Shown here in pieces: positions 1 through 9,817 of a DNA stretch of 64,000 nucleotides (position 1 is its first letter; each line of letters opens with the position of its first letter). This stretch comes from an uncultured bacterium (GTDB taxonomy: Bacteria > Chloroflexota > UBA5177 > JANWHV01). The position numbers were made by a program, and so were the translations under genes. The DNA lies in assembly GCA_963827235.1 (NCBI GenBank), contig CAWHAE010000012.1, positions 224,001 through 288,000 of the forward strand, given 5' to 3'. The notes beneath the pieces were generated by a model, which was given only the letters and a program-made list of their open reading frames with translations, was not told where the DNA came from and made no database searches.

Positions 1-1143
1 GTGCTGGCGGTGCAGGACACCACGACGTTGGACTACTCGCACCATCCGGCCACACGGGACTTGGGGTACATCGGCGATGGCTACGGCTACGGCTACGGGC
101 TGCTGGTGCACAGCACGCTGGCGGTGGCACCGGACGGCGTGCCGGTCGGGCTCTTGGCGCAAGAGGACTGGGTGCGGGAGGCGGGCAGCAAGGGGAAGAA
201 GCACCAGCGCAAGCAGCGGCCGATCGGCGAGAAGGAGAGCCAGAAGTGGCTGACGGGCCTGGCGCGCCTGAATGCCCTGGCCGTGCAGTGCCCGCAGACC
301 CAGTTCGTCAGCGTGGCTGACCGCGAGGCGGACGTCTTCGAGCTCTTCGGTGCCGAGCGCGCGCCCAACGTGGATCTGCTGGTGCGGGCCAGCTACGACC
401 GTCGGGTGGACGCGGCGGTGGGCCACCTGCGGGCCAGCCTGGCCGCGCAGCCGGTCGGCAGCACCCGGCAGGTGGTGGTGCAACGCCAGGATGGTCGCCC
501 GGCCCGGACGGCCACGCTGCAGGTCCGGTGGCAGCAGTTGACCTTCCCGGCGCCCAAGCGGCGCGCCGGCAGCACCTTGACGCCGGTGACGCTCTGGGTC
601 CTGTGGGCGCATGAAGACCAGCCGCCGCCGGATGTGGCGCCGCTGGACTGGCTGCTGCTGACCACGCTACCCCTCCCCGACGGGGCAGCGGCGGCCGGGC
701 TGCTGGACGACTACGCCTGCCGCTGGGTGATCGAGCGCTGGCACTTCGTGCTCAAGAGCGGCTGTGCCCTGGAGGCCCGCCAACTGGAGAGCCGGGCCGC
801 CCTGCAGCGCGCCCTGGCCCTCTTCAGCGTGATCGCCTGGAAGGTGCTCTCGGCCACCCTGCTGGCCCGCAGCCACCCCGACCAGCCCTGTACCGTGCTG
901 CTGGCCCCCGCGGAGTGGCAGGCTCTCTACTGCGCCATCCACAAGACCACCACCCTGCCCGCCTCCCCACCGACCCTGGCCCAGGCCGTCCGCTGGATTG
1001 CCCAACTCGGCGGCTTTATCGGCCGCACGAGCGATGGCCAGCCCGGACCCAAGGTGCTCTGGCGCGGCTTCCAGTACCTCTCGCACCTCGTCGACCTCTA
1101 CACGCTGTTCGCTCCCCAGACCGCTCATTTGCCGGCTCGCTAA
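1..1143 (+). CDS. IS4-family (IS50/Tn5-like) transposase, 5'-truncated by window edge
   Basis: DDE residues in QDTT and ADRE; YREK-type signature YACRWVIERWHFVLKSG; C-terminal LGGFIGR..DGQPG..VLWRG dimerisation motif. Confidence 0.95.
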   Translation: MLAVQDTTTLDYSHHPATRDLGYIGDGYGYGYGLLVHSTLAVAPDGVPVGLLAQEDWVREAGSKGKKHQRKQRPIGEKESQKWLTGLARLNALAVQCPQTQFVSVADREADVFELFGAERAPNVDLLVRASYDRRVDAAVGHLRASLAAQPVGSTRQVVVQRQDGRPARTATLQVRWQQLTFPAPKRRAGSTLTPVTLWVLWAHEDQPPPDVAPLDWLLLTTLPLPDGAAAAGLLDDYACRWVIERWHFVLKSGCALEARQLESRAALQRALALFSVIAWKVLSATLLARSHPDQPCTVLLAPAEWQALYCAIHKTTTLPASPPTLAQAVRWIAQLGGFIGRTSDGQPGPKVLWRGFQYLSHLVDLYTLFAPQTAHLPAR

Positions 1144-1160
1144 ATGTGGGCAATGATAAG
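1..1160 (+). mobile_element. Right part of an IS4-family insertion sequence with probable right terminal inverted repeat at 1144-1160 (ATGTGGGCAATGATAAG)
   Basis: AT-richer 17-mer immediately after the transposase stop resembles IS4/IS50-group ends; left end lies outside the window so IR pairing and target duplication cannot be verified. Confidence 0.7.
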
Positions 1161-1317
1161 CGCTGAAGGGCGGGGAGGCTCAAGGCTCGCCAAGCGTGGG
1201 CTTCGGCCCGCCCGTCCCCAACGCTCAGCCTGTGTCCCGCCTATCTGAATCGTGTTGCGCTTCAGCCCGCGTGCCTCCGGACACCGGCAACGACGTGGCG
1301 CGTGCTTGCCCGGACGC

Positions 1318-2046
1318 TCAGCCGGCGGACTGGCAGCTCCCTGCGGGCCCCTTACAGGTCCACGTCTTGCCCGGGACCTGGGCGAAGCGGGCTGGGGCGG
1401 AGGAGGGGATTCTGCCGTTCGATACGGTGACCCACTTGCCCAGCACCTTGAGCTGGAGCACGAATCCCGGTAGAGGCGCCGCCACGGCGGCACCGGCAGG
1501 CTGCACCGTGATGGTGCCACCGGCGGCCACTGCTACGCGCGCGTTCGCAGGGGCTTGCGTGAAGCTGCCCTCGCCGACCAGGATGGACTGCCCTGCGAAC
1601 CGGGCCGCGAAGGCCAGCCGCAGTCTCGGCACGACCGCGTACTGGGGAACGCCGTCCAGCTTGACGGTCAGGCGGGTCGCATTCGAGGGCACCAGGCTTC
1701 CCCTGCCCTCAATGGTGGCCAGCGTGTCCGCGTACGATACCGGCTGAACGGAGAGCGTTACCGGACCGCTCTGCCCGATCACCGTCGGAAGGTAGGACAG
1801 ACTGCCGTCAGGGCGCAGAACGGCTATGACCGGCAGGCGCGTCAGGTTTGAGACCACGACGCGGCCGCCCAGGGTGCGGCCCAGGTTGGGGTTGACCACC
1901 ACGGCCAGGCAGCCGCGAGTCTGCGCGCACGCCGGCAGGTCACCCGCACGGGCGGGGACGCTCGCCCGGGTGAGGGCAGCGGGAAGCACGACCATCCCGA
2001 TCAGCGCGGCCCACGCGGCCGAGCGAAGCAAAGAACGTGCGCTCAT
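1318..2046 (-). CDS. Secreted hypothetical protein
   Basis: ATG at 2046 with GGAGG upstream; signal peptide MSARSLLRSAAWAALIGMVVLPAA; beta-rich body with paired Cys. Confidence 0.7.
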   Translation of the reverse strand: MSARSLLRSAAWAALIGMVVLPAALTRASVPARAGDLPACAQTRGCLAVVVNPNLGRTLGGRVVVSNLTRLPVIAVLRPDGSLSYLPTVIGQSGPVTLSVQPVSYADTLATIEGRGSLVPSNATRLTVKLDGVPQYAVVPRLRLAFAARFAGQSILVGEGSFTQAPANARVAVAAGGTITVQPAGAAVAAPLPGFVLQLKVLGKWVTVSNGRIPSSAPARFAQVPGKTWTCKGPAGSCQSAG

Positions 2047-2221
2047 CGCGCCTCCAAGAGATGCCGCTCTGGTGTCACGGCTTCTATGAGCGGCTGCCCC
2101 AATTTGCGCCACTTCCACTCGTGCGCCAACCCGGCCTCGCTCCCATGCAGAGTCTAGCATTGCCCGCGCGGGGCTGTCGATGACCTGCACCGGCTAGTGC
2201 TCGTAGCGGTTGCTGCGATGA

Positions 2222-2965
2222 TCAAGTCAGCGCGTGCTGACCTGCGGGCTGCCTCGGCAGGAACACCCGCCGTATGAACTCGCGCTCGGGGACGTCGCGC
2301 TGCTCGAACGCCCGCAGCAGCTCCGTGTCATCGTAGGCCGCGGCATGGTGCGCCACGGTGTAGCAGCCGTGGCCGTCCAGGTCCACTGTGGCAAACCGGG
2401 CCACGGGCGCGCTGAAGCAGCCGAGCGAGCCCGGGTTGACGTAGCGGGCGCGCCCCTTCACGTCGGAGGCCTCGTGATTATGACCGTAGAAGATGAGCGC
2501 GGCCTGCAAAGGCTGGAAGAGCGCCTCCAGCGTCGCCGGGTCGGGCTCGACGACGAGCGGCGCGAAACCGCGTGCCGAGGCATCCAGGCCATAGTGCAGA
2601 AAGGCGCAAGCGGCACCCGCCAGCTCCTCTTCGAGACAATACGGCCAGCAGGCAATCTCGGCACGCAGGGCGGGATCGAGCATCGCGTGCACCCAGCGCT
2701 GGTGTTCTACCTCGCCTTCGCTCAGCCAGAGCGGCTGCGGCTGAGCGAGGCCGAAGGCGAACCAGGCGTCATGATTGCCCATCACACAGCGTATGCGCGG
2801 AGTGTGGTGCAGCAGGCGGTCGAGACACTCGGCAGGGTACGGTCCGATGGCAATGGCATCGCCCGTATGGTAGATCGCATCGCAGCCCAGGCGCGCGATG
2901 GCTGCCAGGGCCGCTTCCAGGGCGGGCAGATTGCCGTGAACGTCCGTGAAGACGGCGATCCGCAT
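2222..2965 (-). CDS. Metallophosphoesterase (calcineurin-like, YfcE/MJ0936 type)
   Basis: Motifs DVHGN, GD, GNHD, H, GHNH and NPGS. Confidence 0.93.
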   Translation of the reverse strand: MRIAVFTDVHGNLPALEAALAAIARLGCDAIYHTGDAIAIGPYPAECLDRLLHHTPRIRCVMGNHDAWFAFGLAQPQPLWLSEGEVEHQRWVHAMLDPALRAEIACWPYCLEEELAGAACAFLHYGLDASARGFAPLVVEPDPATLEALFQPLQAALIFYGHNHEASDVKGRARYVNPGSLGCFSAPVARFATVDLDGHGCYTVAHHAAAYDDTELLRAFEQRDVPEREFIRRVFLPRQPAGQHALT

Positions 2966-3029
2966 CGCATGCATCCTCTGCTCAATCCCGAGACGCCGGC
3001 CTCAGCCGCCGGCGGCCGGCACCTGCGGG

Positions 3030-4658
3030 CTAGATTTCCTCCGGTACCATGCGAATGGCGCCGCATGGGCACTCCTGCGCGCACATGCCGCATCCCTTGC
3101 AGAAATCGTAATTGAAGGCGAAGCGCTTGCCATGGCCCAGCTTGATCACCGCGTTGTCGGGACAGCAGCCGAAGCAGTTGTCGCATTCAAAGCAGTTGCC
3201 GCACGAAAGGCAGCGGCGGGCCTCGTAGAGGGCATTCGACTCGTCGAGTCCGCCGGTCACTTCCTCGAAGGTCGTGCGCCGCCGGATCATGTCCAGCTCC
3301 GGCTGCACGGTCTGCGGGGCGTCGGTGTAGTACCACGTGTTGAGCTTGTCGAAGGACGCGAGCTCCAGCTTGGCCGGCTCCTCATAGGTCGCACCGTGCA
3401 GGTAGGCGTCGATGCAGCGGGCGGCCCGCTTGCCGTGGCCCACGCTGGCCGTGATCGTGCGCTCGCCCGGCACCATATCGCCGCCGGCGAAGATGCCCGG
3501 GTAGCCGGTCATGAGCTGGCCGTCGACCTCGACCACGCCGTCTCTGCTGTATTTCACGCCGGGAATGCGCTGCACTACGCCGGAGTCGACGTCCTGGCCG
3601 AGGGCCAACACCAGGCTGTCGCCGGCGATGGTTTCGAACTCGCCGGTAGGCTGGGGCCAGCCGTGCTCGTCGAGCACCATCTTCTCGATGGTGAGACTGC
3701 CCTCGTCCATCTGCTTCACCGTGCTGAGCCAGCGCACCGTCACGCCTTCCTCGAGCGCTTCCTGCACCTCGAAATCGTGCGCGGGCATGTGCTCCCGGTT
3801 ACGCCGGTACACGATGACCGCTTCCGCCCCGAGCCGTTGCGCCGTACGAGCGGCATCCAGCGCCGTGTTGCCTCCGCCGTACACGATGACCCGGCGCCCA
3901 AGCTGCATTGGCTCCTGATCGGTTTCGACATCGCGCAACATGGTGACGGCGTCCAGGATCCGGCTGGCATCCGGCGTTGGGATGTCGATGCGCTTGGCCA
4001 GATGGGCGCCGATGGCGACGAAGCACGCATCGTAGCCTCCTGCCTTCATGGCAATCGGAATGTCCGCCACCTTGGCCGCGGAAATCAACGTCACGCCAAG
4101 GTCGCGCATGCGCTGAATCTCCGCGTCCAGGACCTCACGTGGCAGACGGTAGGCCGGGATGCCGTAGCGCATCATGCCGCCCGGCTCTTTCTCGGCGTCC
4201 ACGATCGTGACCGAGTGACCCATGCGAGCCAGATGGTAGGCGGCTGCCAGGCCGCTGGGGCCTGCCCCGATCACCAGAATCTTCTTGCCGGATGGCGGCG
4301 CCGTGACCTCGACGTTCCAGCCTTCCGAGATCGCCAGGTCGCCCAGGAATCGCTCGACGGCGTGGATGTCCACTGCCGTGTCCAGTTGCGCCCGGTTGCA
4401 CACCCCTTCGCAGGTGTGGTAGCAGGCACGGCCCATCACCGCCGGCATCGGGTTATCCCGCATGATCTGTTCCCAGGCGGCCCGGTAGTCGCCTTCCTCG
4501 GCGTGGTACAGCCAGGTCTGGATGTTCTCACCCGCCGGGCAAACATTGCTGCAGGGGGGCAGTCGATCCACGTAGACAGGCCTGTTGGTTCGCCAGGCGC
4601 CGGTGCGGTTGGCAAGGCTGGTGCCGACGTCCAGAGTGGTCGCGAAAGGTCTAGTCAT
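3030..4658 (-). CDS. GltD-like FAD/NAD(P)-binding Fe-S oxidoreductase with C-terminal 2x[4Fe-4S] ferredoxin domain
   Basis: PPCSNVCP, GRACYHTCEGVC, GAGPSG, GGGNTALD, then CLSCGNCFECDNCFGCCP and FCKGCGMCAQECP; start MTRPF overlaps porB stop. Confidence 0.9.
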   Translation of the reverse strand: MTRPFATTLDVGTSLANRTGAWRTNRPVYVDRLPPCSNVCPAGENIQTWLYHAEEGDYRAAWEQIMRDNPMPAVMGRACYHTCEGVCNRAQLDTAVDIHAVERFLGDLAISEGWNVEVTAPPSGKKILVIGAGPSGLAAAYHLARMGHSVTIVDAEKEPGGMMRYGIPAYRLPREVLDAEIQRMRDLGVTLISAAKVADIPIAMKAGGYDACFVAIGAHLAKRIDIPTPDASRILDAVTMLRDVETDQEPMQLGRRVIVYGGGNTALDAARTAQRLGAEAVIVYRRNREHMPAHDFEVQEALEEGVTVRWLSTVKQMDEGSLTIEKMVLDEHGWPQPTGEFETIAGDSLVLALGQDVDSGVVQRIPGVKYSRDGVVEVDGQLMTGYPGIFAGGDMVPGERTITASVGHGKRAARCIDAYLHGATYEEPAKLELASFDKLNTWYYTDAPQTVQPELDMIRRRTTFEEVTGGLDESNALYEARRCLSCGNCFECDNCFGCCPDNAVIKLGHGKRFAFNYDFCKGCGMCAQECPCGAIRMVPEEI

Positions 4659-5670
4659 TGGCGCTCTCCAGCGGTCGCAGAAGGTCGTAACGCGCGATAT
4701 TCCGGTTGGCGATGCGCTGCAGGGCGGCGAGAGTCTGCTCGGCCTGTTTCCCTCCCTTGAAGAGGTGGGCAAAGCGCTTCTGCACCTGCAGATAGTCGCT
4801 CACCGGCATCTGGCGGCGGATCGGGGTGCTCTTGGTCACTACGCCGTACTCGGCTTCGAACAGGGGGAACACGCCGCACTGCTGGGCCAGCCGGGCTACT
4901 CGGATAGTGTCTTTCGGGTCGGTGCCCCAGCCGAGCGGGCAGGGAACCAGAATCTGGATGTACCGAGCGCCTGTGAAGTCCATGGCTCGGGCCACTTTCC
5001 CTTCCAGGTCGTGGAGGTCGGCCACGCTTGCCGTGGCAACGTAGGGGATGCCGTGCGCCATGGCGATACGCGGCACGTCCTTGCCGGCGTGGAAGGCGTT
5101 ACCCGGTTCGCTGCCCACCGTGGGCGTCGTGGCGGTCCAGGCCGCGGGCGGCGTGGCGCTCGATCGCTGCGCGCCGGTGTTCATGTAGCCCTGGTTGTCG
5201 TAGCAGATATACAGCACGTCGTCGTTGCGCTCGAACATGCCCGAAAGGCAGCCGAAGCCGATGTCCGTCGTGCCGCCGTCGCCGCCCTGGGCGATCACAC
5301 GGATATGCGAGCGGCCGCTGACGCGCAGTGCAGCCGCCACACCCGAGGCGACCGCCGCGGCATTGCCGAACAGCGAGTGCAGCCACGGCAGCTGCCACGA
5401 AGTCTCCGGATAGGGAGTCGTGAATACCTCCAGGCAGCCGGTGGCATTGACGGCTACGAGCTGGTTGTTCGTGGCGCGCATGGCCGCGTCCAGCGCGTAG
5501 CGCGCACCGAGCGCCTCACCGCAACCCTGGCACGCCCGATGGCCGGAGGTGATCGCGTTCGTGCGATTCATCGACGCCTGCACCGTCCTGCTCGCCTGGT
5601 CGATCAGGCGGTTGCCGACCGTGAGGGTACCCTTCTGGTAGAACTTGACCCGCTGGGCTGCTTCGCTCAT
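4651..5670 (-). CDS. porB: Pyruvate/2-oxoacid:ferredoxin oxidoreductase beta subunit (TPP-binding)
   Basis: GHRACQGCG, GGDGGTTDIG..N TPP motif, YMNTG.QRS, PCPLGW. Confidence 0.93.
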   Translation of the reverse strand: MSEAAQRVKFYQKGTLTVGNRLIDQASRTVQASMNRTNAITSGHRACQGCGEALGARYALDAAMRATNNQLVAVNATGCLEVFTTPYPETSWQLPWLHSLFGNAAAVASGVAAALRVSGRSHIRVIAQGGDGGTTDIGFGCLSGMFERNDDVLYICYDNQGYMNTGAQRSSATPPAAWTATTPTVGSEPGNAFHAGKDVPRIAMAHGIPYVATASVADLHDLEGKVARAMDFTGARYIQILVPCPLGWGTDPKDTIRVARLAQQCGVFPLFEAEYGVVTKSTPIRRQMPVSDYLQVQKRFAHLFKGGKQAEQTLAALQRIANRNIARYDLLRPLESAND

Positions 5671-5680
5671 CGCTCTTTCC

Positions 5681-6934
5681 TCACTTGCCCTTCGCGGTCG
5701 CGGTGCTCAAGTCCCGCAAGATGCTCTCGGCGATCGGCCCAGAGCGGCGCTTGCCGTGGATGCGTGCGATCTCGCGGTTGACGACGTCCCAGTTCAAGTC
5801 CAGGAACGTCACGTCCTCGAGCCCATCCTGCTCCGCTTGCTCGAAGAGGCCGCGCAGCGATGCTTTGGTGATCGGACGGCCACCCAAGCCGGCGATGGTG
5901 GTGAAGACGGGGATGCTGCTGCCGCGCAGCGCCATACGCACGTTGGATGCAAGCGTGCCGCCGAGGCCGACCGCCAGGCTCTTCTCCACGACGACGATGC
6001 GCTTCGCGTGGGCCAGCGCCTCTCGCATCTCCTGTAGCGGAAATGGACGGAAGGTCGTGAGGACCACGGAGCCGATGGCATGGCCGTCATCGCGCATCTC
6101 GTCGATCACGTCCTTGATTGTGCCGTTCACCGAGCCCATGGCCACGACCAGCGTGTCGGCGCTTTCAGTGCGGTAGCTGTGCATGAGGCCGCCCGATGCG
6201 CGACCAAACTGCACCTCGAACTCGGCTGCTAGGGCCGGAATCACCGACAGCGCCTCGATCTGCTTGTAGTGCGCGAGGTAGCGCACTTCGCTGAACGCGT
6301 CGGGCCCGACCATGGCGCCGATCGAGACCGGCTCCGCGGGATCCAGAACCTGGGCCGGCACGAACGGCGGCAGAAAGGCGTCGACCTGCTGCTGGCTGGG
6401 CAGCTCCAGCCGCTCGAAAGCGTGCGTCAAGATGAAGCCGTCCACGCAGACCATCACCGGGCAGCTCAGTTGTTCGGCCAAGCGGAAGGCCTGGATGTGG
6501 ATGTCGATTGCTTCCTGATTGTCCTCCGCGAAGAGCATGATCCAGCCGGCGTCGCGCATCGACATGGCGTCGCTGTGGTCGTTCCAGATGTTGATCGGTG
6601 CGCCGATGGCGCGTGTGCCCAGGGTCATCACGATCGGCAGCCCGAGTCCGCTGGCGTTGTAGACGGCCTCGGCCATGAACAGCAGGCCCTGGCTCGACGT
6701 CGCGGTATACGAGCGAGCGCCCGTTGCAGACGACCCGATCGCCACGCTGAGAGCGGCGAACTCCGATTCCACATTGATGAAGGCGCAGTTGGACAGCGTC
6801 CCTTCCCTGACGAGCTCGCTCAAGCCTTCGACGATGTGGGTCTGCGGCGTGATCGGGTACGCGCAGATTACCTGGGGCCGGCACAGAGCGATCACCTGCG
6901 CCATGGCGCGAGAGCCTTCGATTTGCTTCAGCAT
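5681..6934 (-). CDS. porA: Pyruvate/2-oxoacid:ferredoxin oxidoreductase alpha subunit
   Basis: AYPITPQT, VESE, TATSSQGL, APINIWNDHSD, GLGGR motifs. Confidence 0.94.
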   Translation of the reverse strand: MLKQIEGSRAMAQVIALCRPQVICAYPITPQTHIVEGLSELVREGTLSNCAFINVESEFAALSVAIGSSATGARSYTATSSQGLLFMAEAVYNASGLGLPIVMTLGTRAIGAPINIWNDHSDAMSMRDAGWIMLFAEDNQEAIDIHIQAFRLAEQLSCPVMVCVDGFILTHAFERLELPSQQQVDAFLPPFVPAQVLDPAEPVSIGAMVGPDAFSEVRYLAHYKQIEALSVIPALAAEFEVQFGRASGGLMHSYRTESADTLVVAMGSVNGTIKDVIDEMRDDGHAIGSVVLTTFRPFPLQEMREALAHAKRIVVVEKSLAVGLGGTLASNVRMALRGSSIPVFTTIAGLGGRPITKASLRGLFEQAEQDGLEDVTFLDLNWDVVNREIARIHGKRRSGPIAESILRDLSTATAKGK

Positions 6935-7512
6935 GCCGCCGCCTCCTTTGCCCCCGCGCCCGCCACGTCCTCGAAGGCCGCGGCGGCAGCGTCGCTGTTC
7001 AGCTCACCCACCCTGCCTGGGAACCGCTCGCGCAGCGCCGCGCGCACCGACTCCAGGCCAATCACTCCAGTCATCGCCGCCAGAGCTCCCAGCAACGTTG
7101 CGTTGGGGATTGGCCGGCCCGTGTGGGCCAGTGCCAGCTCGGTGGCCGCCACGTTCTTCACGTGACCATGCGGGAATCCCGCCACGAACTCGGCGATGCC
7201 CAGCGTGGCGAAGCTCTTGGAGGAGTTGACCAGCAGGTAGCCGTCGCTTGCTAGACCCTGCAGCACGTCCAGCGAGCTGAATAGCGTCGGATCTTGAATG
7301 ACCAGTGCATCCGGCTGCATCACCGGCTCTCGCGTTCGGATAGGCTTGTCGTCAATGCGGCAAAAGGCCACCACGGGCGCACCCATGCGCTCGGACCCGA
7401 AGCTGGGAAAGGCCTGAGCGTACTTGCCTTCCATGAACGCGGCGATCGACAGCAGTTCGGCGGCCGTGACGACGCCCTGTCCACCCCTTCCGTGCACTCG
7501 AATCTGAAACAT
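6928..7512 (-). CDS. porG: Pyruvate/2-oxoacid:ferredoxin oxidoreductase gamma subunit
   Basis: MFQIRVHGRGGQGVVT, FPSFGSERMGAPV, PNATLLGA. Confidence 0.94.
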   Translation of the reverse strand: MFQIRVHGRGGQGVVTAAELLSIAAFMEGKYAQAFPSFGSERMGAPVVAFCRIDDKPIRTREPVMQPDALVIQDPTLFSSLDVLQGLASDGYLLVNSSKSFATLGIAEFVAGFPHGHVKNVAATELALAHTGRPIPNATLLGALAAMTGVIGLESVRAALRERFPGRVGELNSDAAAAAFEDVAGAGAKEAAAC

Positions 7513-7789
7513 CGCATCCCCTTGCGCGCCGGCGACCCCAGGCTTGCGGCCGAAAGCCGCGCTAGAACCGGCGCCTGAACTCCCGCGCAACGTCAATAAT
7601 CGGCACAGTGCCCTGATGCTTCAAGTGTCGTTTGGCCCAACAAGCTGGGGCCATGGTGCCCATGAGCGACGCCGCGGAGCCTGGAAACGATTACAGGCAA
7701 ACCGTCTCATCCGGCGCTCTCGCGTACTGCTCCACTGGTGCGGCTCGCGAGCGGGGATGGGCTGCAACCCGCAGGTCGATCGAAGCACG

Positions 7790-7829
7790 CTCTTGGCAAC
7801 TTCTTAGCGTCTTCTTAGGCAATTCTTAT
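7790..7829. promoter_or_regulatory. Four 11-bp-spaced direct repeats (CTCTTG/TTCTTA x3), candidate winged-helix response-regulator site
   Basis: TTCTTA at 7801, 7812 and 7823 plus CTCTTG at 7790, in the divergent por/LLM intergenic region. Confidence 0.5.
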
Positions 7830-8208
7830 CGAGCGGCTGCCGGTGTTGTGTACAGTAAGAAACGCGGCTGACATGTGAGGCCGCGATGTGTCGCCGCATC
7901 GTGGGTAGACCCGGCCCCATGCGGTGGCACAGAGATCGGTCAACACGCGCAACTGGGTTCCCGGCGTCACCCGGAGGTCGTCAACTCCCCGCTCGGCCGC
8001 CCTGGATGGCGTTGACTACGCCCGGTCCTTGGGCACGGACCACGCCGATGCCGCCGCTCACGCCCGCTTCTACGCTCGCGCTGCCGCCCGGCGGCGAGAT
8101 CGCCATGTAGCCGCCTCGAGACTGAGATTGGGCTGTGCTGCCATTCCCTGCACCGGGTACCATCCCCTTTGGCTGCCGACGCTGGTCACGTACATCCGAG
8201 GAGAGTCA

Positions 8209-9099
8209 ATGAGATTCGGCGCAGTCTTTCCCCACACCGAGTTCGGCACAGACCCTGACGCCCTGCGCGACTATGCCCAGACCGCCGAAGCCCTGGGTTT
8301 CAGCCACATAGGCGCCGACGACCACGTCATCGGACCTAACCCAAACCGGCCCGGCGGCTGGACGGGTTGGGTGACCAACAAGACCGCTTTCTACGAGCCG
8401 CTCGTGCTGTTCGGCTTCATGGCGGCGGTGACACGCCGCCTGGCGTTCACTACCTGGGTGCTGCTCTTGCCTGAGCGCCAGACGGTGCTGGTCGCCAAGC
8501 AGGCCGCTACGCTCGACATCCTGAGCGGAGGACGGCTGCGGCTGGGGTTGGGCATAGGCTGGAACGAGATCGAGTACATCGCCATGGGGGCCGATATGCG
8601 CAGTCGCGCGGTGAGGCTGGAAGAGCAGGTGCACCTGCTGCGGCAGCTGTGGACCGAGGAGTCGGTGGATTACAGGGGCCGCTGGCACACTATCCCAAAT
8701 GCCGGGTGCAGCCCGCTCCCGGTGCAGCGCCCGATCCCGATCTGGTTCGGCGGGCAGTCCGAGGCTGCGATCGGTCGCGTCGCACGGCTGGGCGATGGCT
8801 GGATGCCGCTCTATGCCGATGCCCACGAGGCCCAACCCGGCCTGGATCTGCTGGACCGTTATCTCGAGGCAGCCGGGCGCAGCCGCGCCGGTATAGGCCT
8901 GGAAGCGCGCATCCCGTATGGGTCAGGTGACCCGGCGGTTTGGCAGCGCCTGCTGCGGGACTGGCAGGCCGCGGGCGCCACCCACGCCGTCTTGCAGACC
9001 ACCGATTGCGGCCTTGCGACGCCGGCCGCCCACATGGCGGCGCTTCGTCGCTTTGCCGAGACCGTCGGTCTGGGAGCCGGTACCCTTCCATCCAGTTGA
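8209..9099 (+). CDS. LLM-class (probably F420-dependent) oxidoreductase
   Basis: MRFGAVFP, DHV, LVAKQAATLDILSGGRLRLGLGIGW..EY, PIWFGG, GDGW; GAGGAG RBS. Confidence 0.9.
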   Translation: MRFGAVFPHTEFGTDPDALRDYAQTAEALGFSHIGADDHVIGPNPNRPGGWTGWVTNKTAFYEPLVLFGFMAAVTRRLAFTTWVLLLPERQTVLVAKQAATLDILSGGRLRLGLGIGWNEIEYIAMGADMRSRAVRLEEQVHLLRQLWTEESVDYRGRWHTIPNAGCSPLPVQRPIPIWFGGQSEAAIGRVARLGDGWMPLYADAHEAQPGLDLLDRYLEAAGRSRAGIGLEARIPYGSGDPAVWQRLLRDWQAAGATHAVLQTTDCGLATPAAHMAALRRFAETVGLGAGTLPSS

Positions 9100-9154
9100 C
9101 GGTACCCTGGACTGTGGCGGCGAACACCGGGTGTGCTGACTGGTTGATAGTTGT

Positions 9155-9592
9155 ATGGATCCCGTCGAGAAGCTCATCCTCGAAGCCCAGGAGCGCGGAG
9201 ATTTCGATAACCTGCCCGGCGCGGGCAAGCCGCTCGACCTCTCAGAGAACCCATTCGTACCGGCGGACTGGCGAATGGCCTACCGTCTGCTGGCCAAGAG
9301 CGGCCACGCTCCGGATGTGGTCGAAGCCGACAAAGAGAATCGTGCTCGCATAGCCAAGCTGGAGCAACGCCTCGATCGGTTCGTTCGCCGCTGGCAGGGC
9401 CTTTCGCCCCAGGAGCGGCGCGCGAAGGGCGTGGAACGCGAGCAGCGGCTCGCCGAGTATGCCGATGAGATCCGCCAGATCAACCGCCAGATTGACGCCT
9501 ACAATTCCTACGCGCCCCGAGCAATGAGCCGCGGCACGCTTCTGCCCGACGCGATGCTGCGCGCCGCCCGGGCACGCTTGCCTCTCGACTGA
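9155..9592 (+). CDS. DUF1992 (DnaJ-associated) domain protein
   Basis: ILEAQERGDFDNLPGAGKPL..RMAYRLL signature. Confidence 0.88.
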   Translation: MDPVEKLILEAQERGDFDNLPGAGKPLDLSENPFVPADWRMAYRLLAKSGHAPDVVEADKENRARIAKLEQRLDRFVRRWQGLSPQERRAKGVEREQRLAEYADEIRQINRQIDAYNSYAPRAMSRGTLLPDAMLRAARARLPLD

Positions 9593-9754
9593 CTCGTGTC
9601 CGGACGCGGATTCCCATCTTGCCTGCTGGGTCTGGCGGGCGGATGGGTGGCCGGCTCCTATGCCGCCCAGCGGCTGCCGGAGCCGATCGTACGGCGGCTC
9701 GTGCTGCTCGTCGCTACGCTGGGCGGCACGCTCGTCATGCTCAAGGCTCTGTAG
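9593..9754 (+). pseudogene. Possible C-terminal remnant of a TauE/SafE-like membrane protein
   Basis: Start-less frame LLGLAGGWVAGSYAAQRLPEPIVRRLVLLVATLGGTLVMLKAL* resembles the last two TM helices of TauE proteins. Confidence 0.4.
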
Positions 9755-9817
9755 CCGCAACGCCGGCAGGCCCGGAACGCTTGACGGATGCACTCCGCCT
9801 GTAGTGGGCGACCGCGC

